From Thalia democratica (lineage: Eukaryota), in NCBI GenBank assembly GCA_965202585.1, contig OZ241828.1, positions 36,394,001 to 36,458,000 of the forward strand: a stretch of DNA of 64,000 bases. Direction: 5' to 3'. Position 1 is the stretch's first letter. Every line of letters begins with the position of its first letter. The position numbers were made by a program, and so were the translations under genes. Below the pieces are notes generated by a model. It was not told the origin of the DNA. It did no database searches and was given only the letters and a program-made list of their open reading frames with translations. Of this stretch, positions 10,399 to 24,360 are shown piece after piece.

Positions 10399-13069
10399 TA
10401 ATTAATATAATTATAAATGGTATTTTTATTAGTTTAGTTATAATTTGATAGCCGTTGAAATTTCAACTGTAAGCTTATTATAATAATCTAAGAAATAAAT
10501 TATCTTGTTTACTTAAGCTTTTGTAAAAGTTTCAACTTTTATCATTAAAGATAACAATAAAAGGTTTCAACTTATTAATAAGGAGAATAAAATAGCTTCC
10601 AATACTTTAAGATTTCAATAAAAAAAGTTATCTTCAATTATTAATGAAATCACTTTTTTGAGTTAAACATTGTTTTGATTTTTTTTTTGAAAGTTAATAA
10701 CTTTTTAAATATTGATAGTTTAAAAATGTATATAACTTCAAGCTATTTGTGCGAGCAAAATTATTTCTCAATTCAAAGTATACTAAATAAATCTATAAGG
10801 TTACATAAAAACATTTAGAAATATTTATTAATTTTGTATGTTAGCAAAATATTTTAATCAGCTTTTCTTAGAAACATAACTATAGCAAAAAGATAGATAT
10901 GTACTAAAAGTACTAATAAAACAATTTATTATATTTAGTTTTATTTAAAAAGTACTATTTTATTTGTCAAGAACAATAAACTATCTCAATGATTGATTAT
11001 AAAATGACGTTTATAATACAGAAATTTCTTTAACAGAATTATGTTAACTCTTATAAACTTTTAAATCAGCTTAACTTAAGTATTATACAGAAGGCTTAAA
11101 TACAAATACTGACTTTTATGTTTGCAAGTAATAACTAAACCAGAAACAAAATTTTAAGTAAAACGCAGCAAGTCTTTATTTAAAAAACGTATCAGTAGTT
11201 ATAATTTAAAAGAAAATATTTTAATTTGTTTAAAACAAAGCTGTTATTTAATTATTATGAAAAACATTAAAAAGAACTTTAAAAGTTCATGTTTGTAAAT
11301 TCTAAATAAACAAAAATAATTTTTCACTCAAAGCCAACACATAAGTGACAAAAAGTGACAAAAACTTTTAAAATTTTTAGAAGCAAGTTTTAACTTAAGT
11401 TTATAAAGATTTTTTAGCAGGTACGCATGAAATTGACGGTTTTGGTAAAAAGTAGAGGTTTCTGCAGCTAAAAACAATATAAAAAATCTTTAACTCAATA
11501 AATATAAACCATAAGTGTTTAGATTACATACGGAATATCGAAAATGTCAGCTTACTTTTTCTTGCAATCCACAAAGTTATAACTACTAACATTAGTATAG
11601 AGATTGTTATCCATTACAGTTTGTTTGTAAATTTAAATTTTTTGTTTAAATTTTTTTTCATTATAAAAAATAATTGTTTAAATAAAAGTCAAGAATATAA
11701 CCTTATATCACTTATAATATAACTGATTGTCTTTTTTGAACTAAAATAATAAAAGTGGAAGTTCTATTTGCACATTATAATAAATTTTACACTGAAACTG
11801 TAATTAGTAGCTGTTCCAAAAGTTGGGTTTCACGACTATACATACTTAATAAAACAAAAAAAAACTCAAGATGCTTTTTAATATTTAACACTATAGTAGT
11901 TTAACTGATTTAACATTAATAGCTTGCTGTATTTTTTATCATGCAAACTAATAGAAATACTCTAATAATTCAACATTATAAAACAATTATTAGTATAAAC
12001 CATACTTTATTTTTTTAAGTTGCTTGTTTTTTAATTTTAAAGTCTTATAATAAAAAAAGCTATAAAGTATAGTTCCAACGTTTTAAAATTGAACTAATTA
12101 TGTTTTCTCGAGGGGTAATAAATCGAATTGTTATGGCTTCAGCACGCATCAGACTAATAATTTTTTCAGAACTTATTATGTTTGACTTTTGGATGATATA
12201 ACATTAGCGTATTTAGTTTTGATGTCACAAAATACCGCACTATTTATTATATGTATACTTTTTGAAAATTTTTATAAAATGTAAATCTAGATTGATAAAA
12301 AATATTTTTTAAGAAGTAATAAACTAAAATAAATTCTTTCAAACAATATAAATAAGACTCAATTTTTCAGAACAAAATATATTTCATGCTTCTTTCGTCA
12401 GTTGTATACTAAGCAATAAAAATAAAAATTCAAATCTAACTTATATAGTGAAGTGCAATCAACGTAATTAATAATAATAAAACAAAGAGTAATCAACAAT
12501 ACATAAGTACTTCTAATTACAATGCAACTAAGAAAATAATAAAACAGAGCAACAACTTATAAAACAATTTATAAAAATTTATTTATTAAAGAAAACAATT
12601 AGTATACAACTGAAGAAAGAAGCATGAAACATATTTTGTTCTGAAAAAAAAAATTGAGTCTTATTTATATTGTTTGAAAGAAGTAATAAACTAACTGTTT
12701 TGAAATTATTAGTATTAACCTTTTTAAGATGCAAAATAATTTAAAGTATATTAAAACATAAACATTTATAACCCATTTGGAGTATTGTACTACTTTATAA
12801 AGTTCTATAATTGCACTTAAATATTTCAAAAACTCATTTAGTATAAATAGGTCTTTTAATGTGTATATATTAAAAAAAAAACGCTAAATAATAAAGTATA
12901 ACCAAATAAAAACATGTCTAATATCAGACTATTAGCACACCTATGTTCTTTAGTTTAGTTATTAAATAGTTTTAGGATAAAACGTTTTTTAGTTTTTTTT
13001 CAGTAAAATATACTTTCTTTCAGTTAACTGCGCAGTCGTTTCCTCGTTAAAGTTAGAAAACAGTACATC

Positions 13070-13114
13070 TTAGAAATGGAGAAAAAATTTACGTCTTTTT
13101 TTCTCCATTTCTAA
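13070..13114. repeat. Perfect 18-bp hairpin
   Basis: TTAGAAATGGAGAAAAAA, a 9-nt loop, then TTTTTTCTCCATTTCTAA. Confidence 0.85.
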
Positions 13115-13693
13115 CGCTTTTAAAGATTTTCTAAACAAAAGTATTATTAAAATGTTTTCAAAGTGCTTTGCATAGTTTAAAGCCTAGTAAAATATAAAAT
13201 GTCTTTTAACGTAAATACTTATAAAATATCAATGATTATTTGAAATACAATTTATATTTTTATTCTTAATCTAAAAGCAATAAAAGTTTCTTTAAGTAAA
13301 CAGTAATAATCAAAAAAAATTAAATGATTACATAAGTACTTTTCTACATTAGACACTTTACAGCTATTTAATAAAAGTTTACTACTAAAATTAGTCTTTT
13401 TTAAAGTAATACCTTTCAGTAACGCTTACAATTATATAATGTATAAGATATAAAAAAAACTTTTAAAGTTTTTTTGGACAGAAACTATACCTTACAGAGT
13501 AATGAAATAATGTTTTTAAAACGATTAAGGTACAACAACTTAGTCGTGTTTTTTTTTTTAGGAAAAACTTCCAAAAATTGAGCTTTATTAAGTATTGATA
13601 TTCTTTATTCTGAAGATAAATTTTTAAGATAGCTTTTTGACCACGCAAAATTACAAAACTTTAACGAATTTTGTTTTTAAATTAAATTTGATT

Positions 13694-13925
13694 TGTTTTT
13701 AACGTTGCAAGCGAAGCGTTTGATTGATATTTCATTGAAAATGTTCGAAATAATCGCCTTGCTAAAAGCGAGCGTGTTGAAGCAATACAAAAGTAACAAC
13801 AAATCCTGTTGGGCTGAAGTTTACACAGAAGAAGCAGAAGCTGCCAAAAACCTCTTAACATTGACCGCCAGTTTTTACAACAAGTTTGTTTTCAATGAAG
13901 AAAATGTTTAATAGGCGGTCGTTGT
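13694..13925. promoter_or_regulatory. Paralog-conserved downstream block (partner ~56103-56325)
   Basis: TTTTAACGTTGCAAGCGAAGCGTTTGA...ATCGCCTTGCTAAAAGCGAGCGTGTTGAA is shared. Confidence 0.55.
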
Positions 13926-16900
13926 TTGTAATCTGTTAATTTTGTTTTGAACAACAAAGCTAACAACTTATGATTAATATTTGAAGAAGCTTTTTGACAT
14001 GTTGTTAATAATTTAAGACTTTAATAAAAGTCTGCACGCGCTAACTAAGATAAAAAAAAAAGTATTTCTAATATTGTAAACTGTACATTATAATTTAATG
14101 TTTCTAAAAATAGTGTTTATTAATCTAGCGCATAGTGTTACAAACTTTGCGCACAGTTTTTAAAATTACTAAATGCTTTTACCAAACATAATAAAAATAG
14201 CTTTTGTTATTAATAGTATTATAATCTTTTAGATGAAGCAGTTTTGCTTGTACAAAAAAATATTTGTTGTACTATCTATTATCGTTCTCGTGGTGAAATT
14301 TTATATGTTTAAAATAATCAATCAGTTAAATTTATATTTAAAATTTATATCAAAAAAACAAATTCTTATAAGCTTTTACTTAAAAAAAACTTAAACTAGT
14401 TGGGTCACCAGTTTATCAAAAATTATAAATGTTTTTTTTTGTATACAACACATGACTTATAAAATAGCTACGTAACTGTTTACATATATCATTTTACGAT
14501 TTTTAAAAACTTATTTTTGTTAAATTAAGTATTTAAATTGAGATATTATAAATTTTTTAACTTTTACTAAACTAAACCTTTTTTTCTTTGGTTAGTTTTT
14601 AAAAACAGTCAACTAAGAATACTTTAAAAGCTTTTGAAAAAACTTAAACCGAGAGTTAACTTATGTTTAAATATTGTAATAAGCTTTTAAATAAACTTAA
14701 ATCTTACCAGAGACCTAAAAAGTTAGCTTTTAAAAGTTTTAACTGGTAATATTTGCCTAAAGTTGAAAAAATCAGTTGATATTATAACCAAAAAAAAGGT
14801 GAGATAACAATAAATTTTGATGGAAATCGGAAGCAACAGTATCTTGCTGCAAATTATTTTATTTTGCATAATAATGATTTATCATCTTAGCTACTAGTTT
14901 CCTTCAATTTTGCCAGTACTTTTGTGCGCTATTCATTACATGCACTGTGATTATATAATTGGAAAGCAGTTTTGATATCTTAATCAGGAATTTAAAGTCA
15001 TAGAGTTGATTTTTATGTTTTTGGCATGCTGGTTAAAGTAAAATTGTTAAGTCTAAATCTAAGTTAAATATAGGTACGTAAAGTGAAACAATAATTAAAT
15101 TGATGCTAGTTATACCGTTAAAAAAAATAACAAGCTAGTTTTGAAAAAGCATTTAGATTTAACAAAGCTTCTACTTAAATCTTTACAAAAATAAAGATTG
15201 TTCTCATTAATATCTCATAATAGTTTAGCAGTTTCTAAAAAATGCATTTACTGTAAAAATTATTATTGATTAAGCCAAATTTATTTTAAAGATACGTATG
15301 AGTAAACGTTTTAACAGTTTTTCAAACTTAAAATATCTACCTACACTCAGACTTTTGGGAGCCTCTAACACCATCTTTAAGTCTTTCAAACAAAGTTTTT
15401 TTATGAATACATGATAAAGTATACAAAAAGTCATAAACTGATAACATATCTTTTGTTAACCGAAGACTCTTCCCTTTAGTGATTGTCCTTAGTGATGACC
15501 AATGAAACTAGGTTTGTTCTTTTTAAAATTAATATTTGTAGAAGGATGTTAGTGTTCATAAGATTTGATCGTTTTAGGGTTTGCGATAAATAACACATCA
15601 ATCAAATTGGGTTTTGTTTTAGTTTTCTTGTAGTCCGAAAACAAAGAATAAGACTACTTAATTTTTCAGTGATTTTAGTGGCCTATAACATTTTAGTTTT
15701 ATAAGTACTTTATCATAAAATATTTTAAAGTGTTATTTATTTCTTAAATAATTTTTTTTCAATATTTTTAAAGCATTTCTGACAAAAATGCATTGTTTTC
15801 TTGCTTAGACAATTTTAACGTTGAAAATAAGTATTAGTTATGTAAAGCATTTTAAATCATGTAGCATTTAATTGTATTTATAAATATGCTCTACATTTCC
15901 GCATTAAATTTGCTTATTTTATCAAACGGTACTTAAATTTTATTATAAACTTAAGGATATAGACAGTTTTATTTAAATATAAACTCTACATTATCATTTG
16001 TACTTTTAACACAGCTAATATTTGATTAGAGATATTGATGTAAAACAATTCTTATTAGATTTAATACTTTAGCTCTTAGAAAAATATATGAATTTAAAAT
16101 GTAAAATATACTTTTAACTTAAATCCTTTAGAAAATAAAATCATACTTTAAGTTTAAATACTCTAAAGTAAGACTAACACTTTCGATTTTAATTTGCTTT
16201 TTTGTTGGATAGTTTTACTTTATTATAACCAATTACACAAATAAACTTAAAATATTGCATAACTTTTATCTATAAAAAAGTTTATGCATCCATAAAATGT
16301 TAAGGTACAACTTAATAGAGCGTTTGCAAAGTAACAAAATACTTTACTTGTCTTTTAAAGTTAGTAAAACAAATGTTTGAAGCAGACTGATCGTGAGTAA
16401 TGCAAGTTTTGGTGAAAACAAAAAAATACTCTCAAGTACATTTACATTTAAAGTTTAATTGAAAAACTTTGAAAAAAGGTACATCGAATTGAAATAACTT
16501 TCGAACCGTTGTGCTAAACAAGAAATCTAGCAAGTTAAGCAATTATAGCAAAACTCAAAAAAAAACAAAGCAAATAGCTAGAAATTTATTCAGCAAAAAT
16601 GCGTAAAATTACTTCCACTTAATGTTGTTTAACATTGTAATTATCCACCAAATACCGACATAAATTTTATTTTAGCATAATTCGATGTTGTCCTGCTACT
16701 CAAGATGCTCATTTAGATGCTCAATTACTTTTTAGTGTCGCTTTTTACGCCAATAACTTCACATTTTGATACATATGAGTGGAAGCGATTTGGTAAATTT
16801 TAAATTTGGCCGCATTTACTGCTTGGCCAGTAAGTTTTTGTTTCCATAGTAACGACCTTGTAATCAACTGCCAAACATACTCGCATACAGTGGCACATTA

Positions 16901-19900
16901 AAATATTTCCAAAAAATATTTACGTACAATTTAAATTTAAAAACAACTACTCGCCGATAAATAATAAGATTACTATAATTGCTAGTAAAAACTGGAAAAT
17001 ATTTATCAGGCTTCTAAAAATGTTGAACAACAAGCTTAAAAATTTAAACGATATTTCATAATGAATAAGGCTTTCTGTCAAAAAAATAATTAGTTAGATT
17101 GTTTAACTCTAAATTAAATTAATATTTTTATTTATAGCTTAACTGACAAATTAAGATTATTAGTAACACAAACTAAAAGTATATATAATTTGTTTTTTTG
17201 TAATTTAATATTTTTGTAAAACTATAGCGTCATTTTTTTTCACTACTGAGACTGTGAATATTTTTTATATAAAATTAAATAAGCTTTTACAAGGTTGCAT
17301 ATGAAACCAGAAATACCTAAACTTGCCTTGGATTCAGTAGTTATCAGCCCGCAAAACGCGCAAGCAGGCTACATTAATGCAATTTCTTACTTTCGAGTCG
17401 TTTTTGCTTGGTGATACGTTGCTAAGCAACCGCGATGCTAGCTAGTTGCCATGCTTACTCGCACTTGCGGCTGTTACCATGAAATTTTTCTTGCCTAGTC
17501 GAGCACTAATGGAACTATTTTTCAAGTCATGCTTGGTTGTTTTATTATTTGGATTGATTCATCCTATTGCTTTTTGTTATATATGCATCAATATGGTTAT
17601 ATATATGTTTTTAAAAAGTCAATTCTGCATTCTTTAGTCTTTAAATAAGCTGTACAACTTTTGTACATTTTTGAAAGTAAAATTTTGGCTTTTTTAATAT
17701 TGCCTTTAGTTTTGTGCAAATGTTTCAAATGTCTACAAAAATATTCATTTCTTTATATAATATGTTTTTTCCCAACTAGTTTTTAATGAATAGTTAGCCA
17801 ATAGGTAAACTAAAGTTAATTTAAGAAGAACAACAATAGTAACATAGCTACGGACATTTCAAGCTTTTTCGAAGACACAAAATCAAAACTTTTGAAAATT
17901 CTTTATTAATACTTAAATTAAAAAAAAAAGTTTACTTTTAGTTATAGAAGAATGAGTTTTTATTTGGATATGTATTTATTAAAAAAAAATTTAATATATA
18001 AATAATCTAAAGTTATTTTTAATTAGATTTTAAAGAACTTGTGTTTGTAGCAGTTCTTTTACACATAGCTAAGATAAATAACATACCTTTTTCTTAAAAC
18101 TAACTTCTTTAAAAATACTTATTATATTTTATTATTTTATAAAGTTAGTTATGTACATTTTTTAGAATATAAAATTTAAGTTTTTTCTTTTGTTTTTGTA
18201 TATCTACATACTTATAAAATAATCCAACTATTATGACTTGTTAAAAACGAAATATAAAAAGGTAATGTGAAAAAATGTATAAACTTTAAATTAACTAATA
18301 TAAATTTTAAATTTAAACTTTAAATTAATTTTTTTTAATTGTTTTTTTGAACTATTAGCAATATTCATTAAATATTTAAACTTTAGAGCTTTTACTTTAA
18401 TATACAACTATCATCAAATGCTAATGCACTAACACATTATTATTTTCACTCCTTACACAATTTTCATAAAGATTTGCTAAAATATTGTTTCTTGCATCTG
18501 GTGCAGCTTCCGGCTTGTGACGTCACATTGACCAGAAAGTTGTGATCTTTAGTCTTACATTTGTGATTATGAAAATACTTGTTTGTACAATCGTGTCAAG
18601 TGGTAGTTTGTTGATTTTGTTTTCCCCTCCCTTGTCCTTGGACCTTCAACCACGAATGAACCGTCTGAAAGTTTTCTTAGCAAAATTATGTTCATTGTGC
18701 AAAGTAAATTGTGTACTAAACTGTGAAAATACGTGTAAAAACTACAAAAAAAGTTCTCACAGATATTTTTCTATTGTATAAATATATTTTTTTATTACAA
18801 CTATCAAGTTTTGCAAACATTTTAAGCCTCCTTATAGTTATTATAAGTTTAACTTTTAACTATAAAACTGTTTTAAAAAATTGTGTTACAATACTTGGTA
18901 AAGTTTTATCTTTTTAATCTTATTAATTTTGTACTTTAATTTACTAAACTGTTGTTATATAGATGTATAATGATATACACCTTAAATAAAACTTTGATTG
19001 ACATTTTTTTAATTGAAATACTTTTTTGATGATATTGTACTGTGTTAAAAAATTGTTATCAATATCAAAAAATAATACTAGAAGTAACAAAGCATAAAAC
19101 AAATCTCAATATAAAAAGTCATTAACCACCTAAATATCATTTTAAAACCAAATTATAACGTCAAAACCGTCATAAGTTTTCTCTTCTCATTATGACGTTA
19201 CAAAAATGGGGGTAAAGAAAATGTGGCGTTAGCGGTTGACAACGACACTCTTCTTCTTTGTCATCTTGATCCTTTTTATTCTACTTCAGACATCCATCTT
19301 CGGAGCACCACAGCGGCAGGGTCTAGAGAGCTGATAATAATTTCTAAAACACCCAATGTGGGTGGCAATAATATGTAAGGATGAGTTTTATTGACTTTAA
19401 GATTTTTATTTGATCTTTATCTCAACAAGAAGCAAAATTGCAGACAGAAATTATGATTGATGTCTTTTTATATATTTGCTAATAACAACTTATGCGTACT
19501 TGAAAAAAACGAATGATTCTTTTATACGAGCATAATTCACATACACTTATATCTTTTGCTTCTGAAATTCTTTACGTAAGGTAAAAATGAAAAGAACTTT
19601 TAAAAATATTTTATAAAACTCATAACTTCGAAGAATAAACTTAAGAGGTTACATACAACAAACGACTTTATCCCAATGAAGTGGTGCAGACATTTTATCA
19701 ACGTTAAATTTAGCTGTAGTAGAAATTATTTAACAATTTAAAACAACATTAAAATTAACTATTAAAATTTAGACTGCTTAATAATGCAGTAATAGTAATA
19801 CTTTAATAAATTGTTTTTAAAAGCTCGTCTTATTTATGAATAACCAACTGCAATTGATGAAGATTAGTCAATAAACTAAAGTTTTTAACAAAAAGTTTTA

Positions 19901-20264
19901 ACATCATTATCGAATAAAAACGGCTGTTCATGTTTACTTATGTAATTTATTTTTTTATTTAGAACAGTTTTTAAATTTAACATTTAAGCACTGAAAAAGT
20001 GTTGAACAAAAGTTAAAAACATTATAATTTAAATAAAGATTACTATTTTAAAAATGTTTCTACTTTATTTTAAAAATATACTCATAAAGTGCACCACTAT
20101 CAGATAAAGCAATAAAAGTAAACTTAGTCATGAACAAAATATAGTTTTTTTTTCGTCGCGCGAAGCTAAAAACATTCGGCAGAATTATATCCTAGAAAAA
20201 ACTTAAAGTCTTATTTCTTTTCTATCACGATGTTCAATTAAATGAGGGTTTTTTTTTCAATTCG

Positions 20265-21125
20265 TTTCTACGAAAGCTTTCTACGCTGACAGCAAAATAA
20301 AGTATTACTTTTAGGCTGAAAAAATAAATCAGATCTCAACGCCATCTGTGTAGCGCGTTTGATTGCAGCCAAATTGAAAACATTTTTGCTAAAATGTGAT
20401 AAAAAAGACTTAGAAAAGTTATTAGTTTGAGATTGCCATCTAGCTTCGATATAAGTTTATCGTTAAAACAAGTACAGTATCAAGTTTCTAAACGACAATC
20501 TGAAGCAACTTTCAACTAAACCATTTGTTGTGATGTGATATCAATCGTCAGAGATGAGATTTTTTGCTTATTGTATCATTATAAAACATTAAATTTACCA
20601 GCTGTCACTTCAAAGGTAAACTTTTAAAACGTATTTATCCGCATTTTCTTTATCGCTGTTTTTTTTTAATGTAAAATGGCTTATTTATTGGGCATTTGAA
20701 GCCAATCGTAAATAACGTTTTACCAGAAACGTGTTCATTGAATTTCCATTTTGAACTTCTCACTTTTCATAATACTTTTTCAAGCACAAGATAGATCATC
20801 AATCATTTTTTTCAGTAGCTCAATTACAATCTCTTAGTCTCATACACAAACACATCAACAAATAGTTTGACGAAAGTCTTTCACGTTCGCGGCTTATCTT
20901 ATCGCTTACTGATCGCACAGCTTTTCTGACGAGGCACGATCAGCAGTCACGAAGTTTTTACAATCGACTGTGAAGAAGTGACAGCTACTTAAGAAGCTGA
21001 AGTAAACTGCTATGTGGCTGTCAGCGAAATTTTTTGAAAACTAAACTGAAAATAAATGATATAAACGCGGCTTGCTGTCAGCAACTGTGAAGTATTAAAA
21101 TTGCAAAAAAGTGTCAGTTACTCAA
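20265..21125. promoter_or_regulatory. Paralog-conserved downstream blocks (partner ~57638-58492) with tandem GATA sites
   Basis: Near-identical TTTGACGAAAGTCTTTCACGTTCGCGGCTTATCTTATCGCTT.CTGATCGCACA.CTTTTCTGACGAGGCACGAT. Confidence 0.62.
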
Positions 21126-21964
21126 TAAAAATTTTGTAAGATAGTTTTTATATAACAGTAGAACGTTTTTTGGTTTAAAAATAACCTTAAACTCAATGGA
21201 CTACAAACGTTTACGAATCCAAAAGGTTTTAGTTAATGGAGCAAAACTGTTATAGTTATTTTACTAAGAAATTAAATATCTACTGTAATTTTTATAGATT
21301 TAAAGTAAGTTCAAATAGAAATGACCTTAAATTTTTTAAATTTAAACTCAAAGTTTTTAAATGTTGTAGCTGTTATACTAGCTAAATAATAACAAGACTG
21401 AAGCTAGCAACTAAGCATAAATTGAAGTTTTAGAAGTGTTCGATTTAATAAAAAATTTTAACAATGGAGTATTTTATTATGTTAAAAATATTTATTATAT
21501 TTAAAATTTTACACATGTGTTACAATAAACGCACACTCTTTTTAAGTTATGTTAACTTAAACAAAGTGACAAACTCTTTTTTTATGAAACTCAAGTAAAC
21601 AAATGTATAACTATTAAGATTGAAACTTCGATAATGTTTGTAAAACTAAGTTTAAATTAAATTGTTTATTAAATGTTGGTCTATTAAATGTAAAGCCTTT
21701 TCTATGAAATTAAAATTTTCTTTTGCTATACTTTTATTAAAAATAAAAGTTATTTAAACCGCCATTAGAAAAAAATTACTAAAACAGTGTACAAAAGGTT
21801 TTTCAAAGATTATGCTTGACAAAATACTTTTTTTTTGTCTAGCAAACAAAGCATATTTATTTAAACTAAAACTAAGCATTAGTAAAACAAACTTTTAAAT
21901 TCTAAATAAAAACAAAATAATTCATCTTTTTTTAGTTGTTTAAAATGCTGGTATATTTTCAACT

Positions 21965-22165
21965 GAAAAGTGAGGCAGCCAGCAAGACTCTTTTGTACAA
22001 ACACGAACCAACATTTCTATTGATGGTATCTCACGTGGAATGTACCATCTTTATAGCGCGGCTACTGATACAACCACACTGCTTATCTTTTGTTTGATTG
22101 AAATAATTCCTTTTGTAAAACTTATGTGTTCTATTATTTGTTTTGCAGATTTAGAAGAAGTGTTT
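21965..22165. promoter_or_regulatory. Paralog-conserved downstream block (partner ~59153-59348)
   Basis: TGGAATGTACCATCTTTATAGCGCGGCTACTGATACAACCACACTGCTTATCTTTTGTTTGATTGAAA is identical in both copies. Confidence 0.62.
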
Positions 22166-23789
22166 AGTTTAAAAAGGTGTTTTATTTTTGTTTACTTTAA
22201 AACTGCAGAGTGTATCAGAAATTTTCGATTTTTTTATATTATTCATTAATCTTTAACGTAAGCTCATTTTTTAAAACAAAACATTACTTCAAGTATATTC
22301 AATTCAATTCAATTTATATTAAGCATAATTTGTTAGACAAACACGTTTAAACGTAAATCAGGTTCATACAAATATTATTTAAATATTTAATTTCTTTTAA
22401 AAAAGTAGTGTTTAACGAAACAAGGTTGAATTAAAAATTAATGCTTTTAGGGGCACTTATTTAGCCATTTAGTAAATCCAAGCAAACCAAGCATAATGTT
22501 TTAAAAAAAGTGAGTTTTTGAAATGAAAAGTTTTAAAATCAGCATATTTTTAAGCTATGTGATTTGTTAAAACCATAAAGTTGTACATTTTGCACTTGTT
22601 AAGCAAAAGCTAGTTAATTTATTTTGCTCATGGACTATTTAGTATTATAGTTAATCTTAAAGTAAATTTTTTCAGCAGATTAGATTATATAAAACGTTTT
22701 CAGCATTGTATATTAAAAAGATGAAAAGCCAAATATATATTATTTAGTATTAAGAAAGAACTACTTAAATTTAGCTCTTTTTAAATGACTATTATTGTTT
22801 AACATATTCGTACAAAAATTAATATTCCATTATATACTAACAACTTTAAGTTTATAAAATCTCAAAGATATATTCTTTTTAACTTAATAATTTATAGTTT
22901 TCTATTACAAAATGTATTTTGAGCTAATCTAACTCAAATACTATTTCCAAGTAAATATAAGTGTAAATAAAAACATAAGTTATCCATGCTACTATAAAGT
23001 ATTCTTTATACCTAAATATAGTGACTTTTGCTACTTTAATTTATTAACAACTATTACAAGTGTGTTATTTTTGCTAAACGTAAAAAAGTTTAACTAAAGC
23101 AAATAAGTAGAAGTAAAGCTTTTAAAAACATGAAGTTGTGTTCTACGACAAATTTTGATATATAATATATCCGTAAACATAACTATATGTTTTTTTTTAA
23201 TCAATTACGACAGTATAAAAATAATTTACTCTAAAATAAGCGAGAAAAAAACATCAATAAAATATTTAAATTAATAAAAGTTTATTTTGAAAACAATAGA
23301 GCGTAACACAGCATTGATTAAAACTGTGTTAGAGTATCTAGCCATCATATTTAGTATACTGAAAAGTTACTACAATAAAAAAAAAAGTACCAACAATATG
23401 AAAACATTTTTGACAAACTTTTGCCAAATTCAATACAAGTTTTCCTAGTTTAAATCAACTTTGACAACTTTTGTCAAAAATTTAAAATTAATGATTTTTA
23501 ATTAGTAGTATTTTATCTTTTTGTCGAGTTTAATGTACAAAAGCAAAATATTTTAATTTATTGGTAGAATATGTTAAATCTTGTTTTTTTACTGATTTGA
23601 ATTTATAAATTTGTAAATCATTTTAATATAAAATATTTCTGTTTAAAAAATATGTTTTAGAAATTAATATTTTATAATATAAACTTATTTTAGATATCAA
23701 AAGGAAAATTGAAAATACGTAAAAGTATATTTTAAAAAGTTGACTTAAATATTTAAAAAAAAACGTTATGAAATCAATAAAAATAAGTT

Positions 23790-24360
23790 TGTACAAATAT
23801 TACATTATGTATTTGTATTATCATACGCAGACAAGTAATGTTGCCATCAACTTAAATGTTGATAAACAAATAGATAAGATTCTTGAGAGGATTCACAACC
23901 CTATATTTACAGCCCCATCATATTATTTACGACTCTAACTTTCTACCTCTATTCACTTATTTTCTCACATAATGCTCGAAAAAAGTTATGTTATATAGTG
24001 ATTAATGTTAAATTTAACGATTTTTCCTATTTTAACAGAAAACTTTGATTTTTATTAGATTCTAAAGTAAACATTTTCAGCAAAAAATGGGTCGTAATTA
24101 TACTTATATTAAGTTAAGTATTATATTATGAAATGCCAAGTTTCGTTTTAAAAGAAGCATTTCTTTGAATGTAAGTTTTTGAAAATAATAAAGGCGTATA
24201 TTACTTATACAAAGTTATTCATTGCATACTAAAAATGCCAGAAGTTGTAAAAGTATGAAGTAAAACAAAACAAATTTACACAGCACTAGAGTGAAAGTGT
24301 TTTTATTCAATCCAGCTGTTAAAATCGTTGTTATTAGCGAGCCAGTGAAAACAGAAAACT
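23790..24360. promoter_or_regulatory. Two paralog-conserved blocks (partners ~60115-60245 and ~60470-60680)
   Basis: Shared ACAAATATTACATTATGTATTT...GACAAGTAATGT.GCCATCAACTTAAAT and TTTTATTCAATCCAGCTGTTAAAATCGTTGTTATTAG. Confidence 0.55.

Noticed and set aside
18542-18917. Overlapping 79-aa and 64-aa ORFs
   Set aside because: Non-ATG starts, AT-driven composition and no domain.
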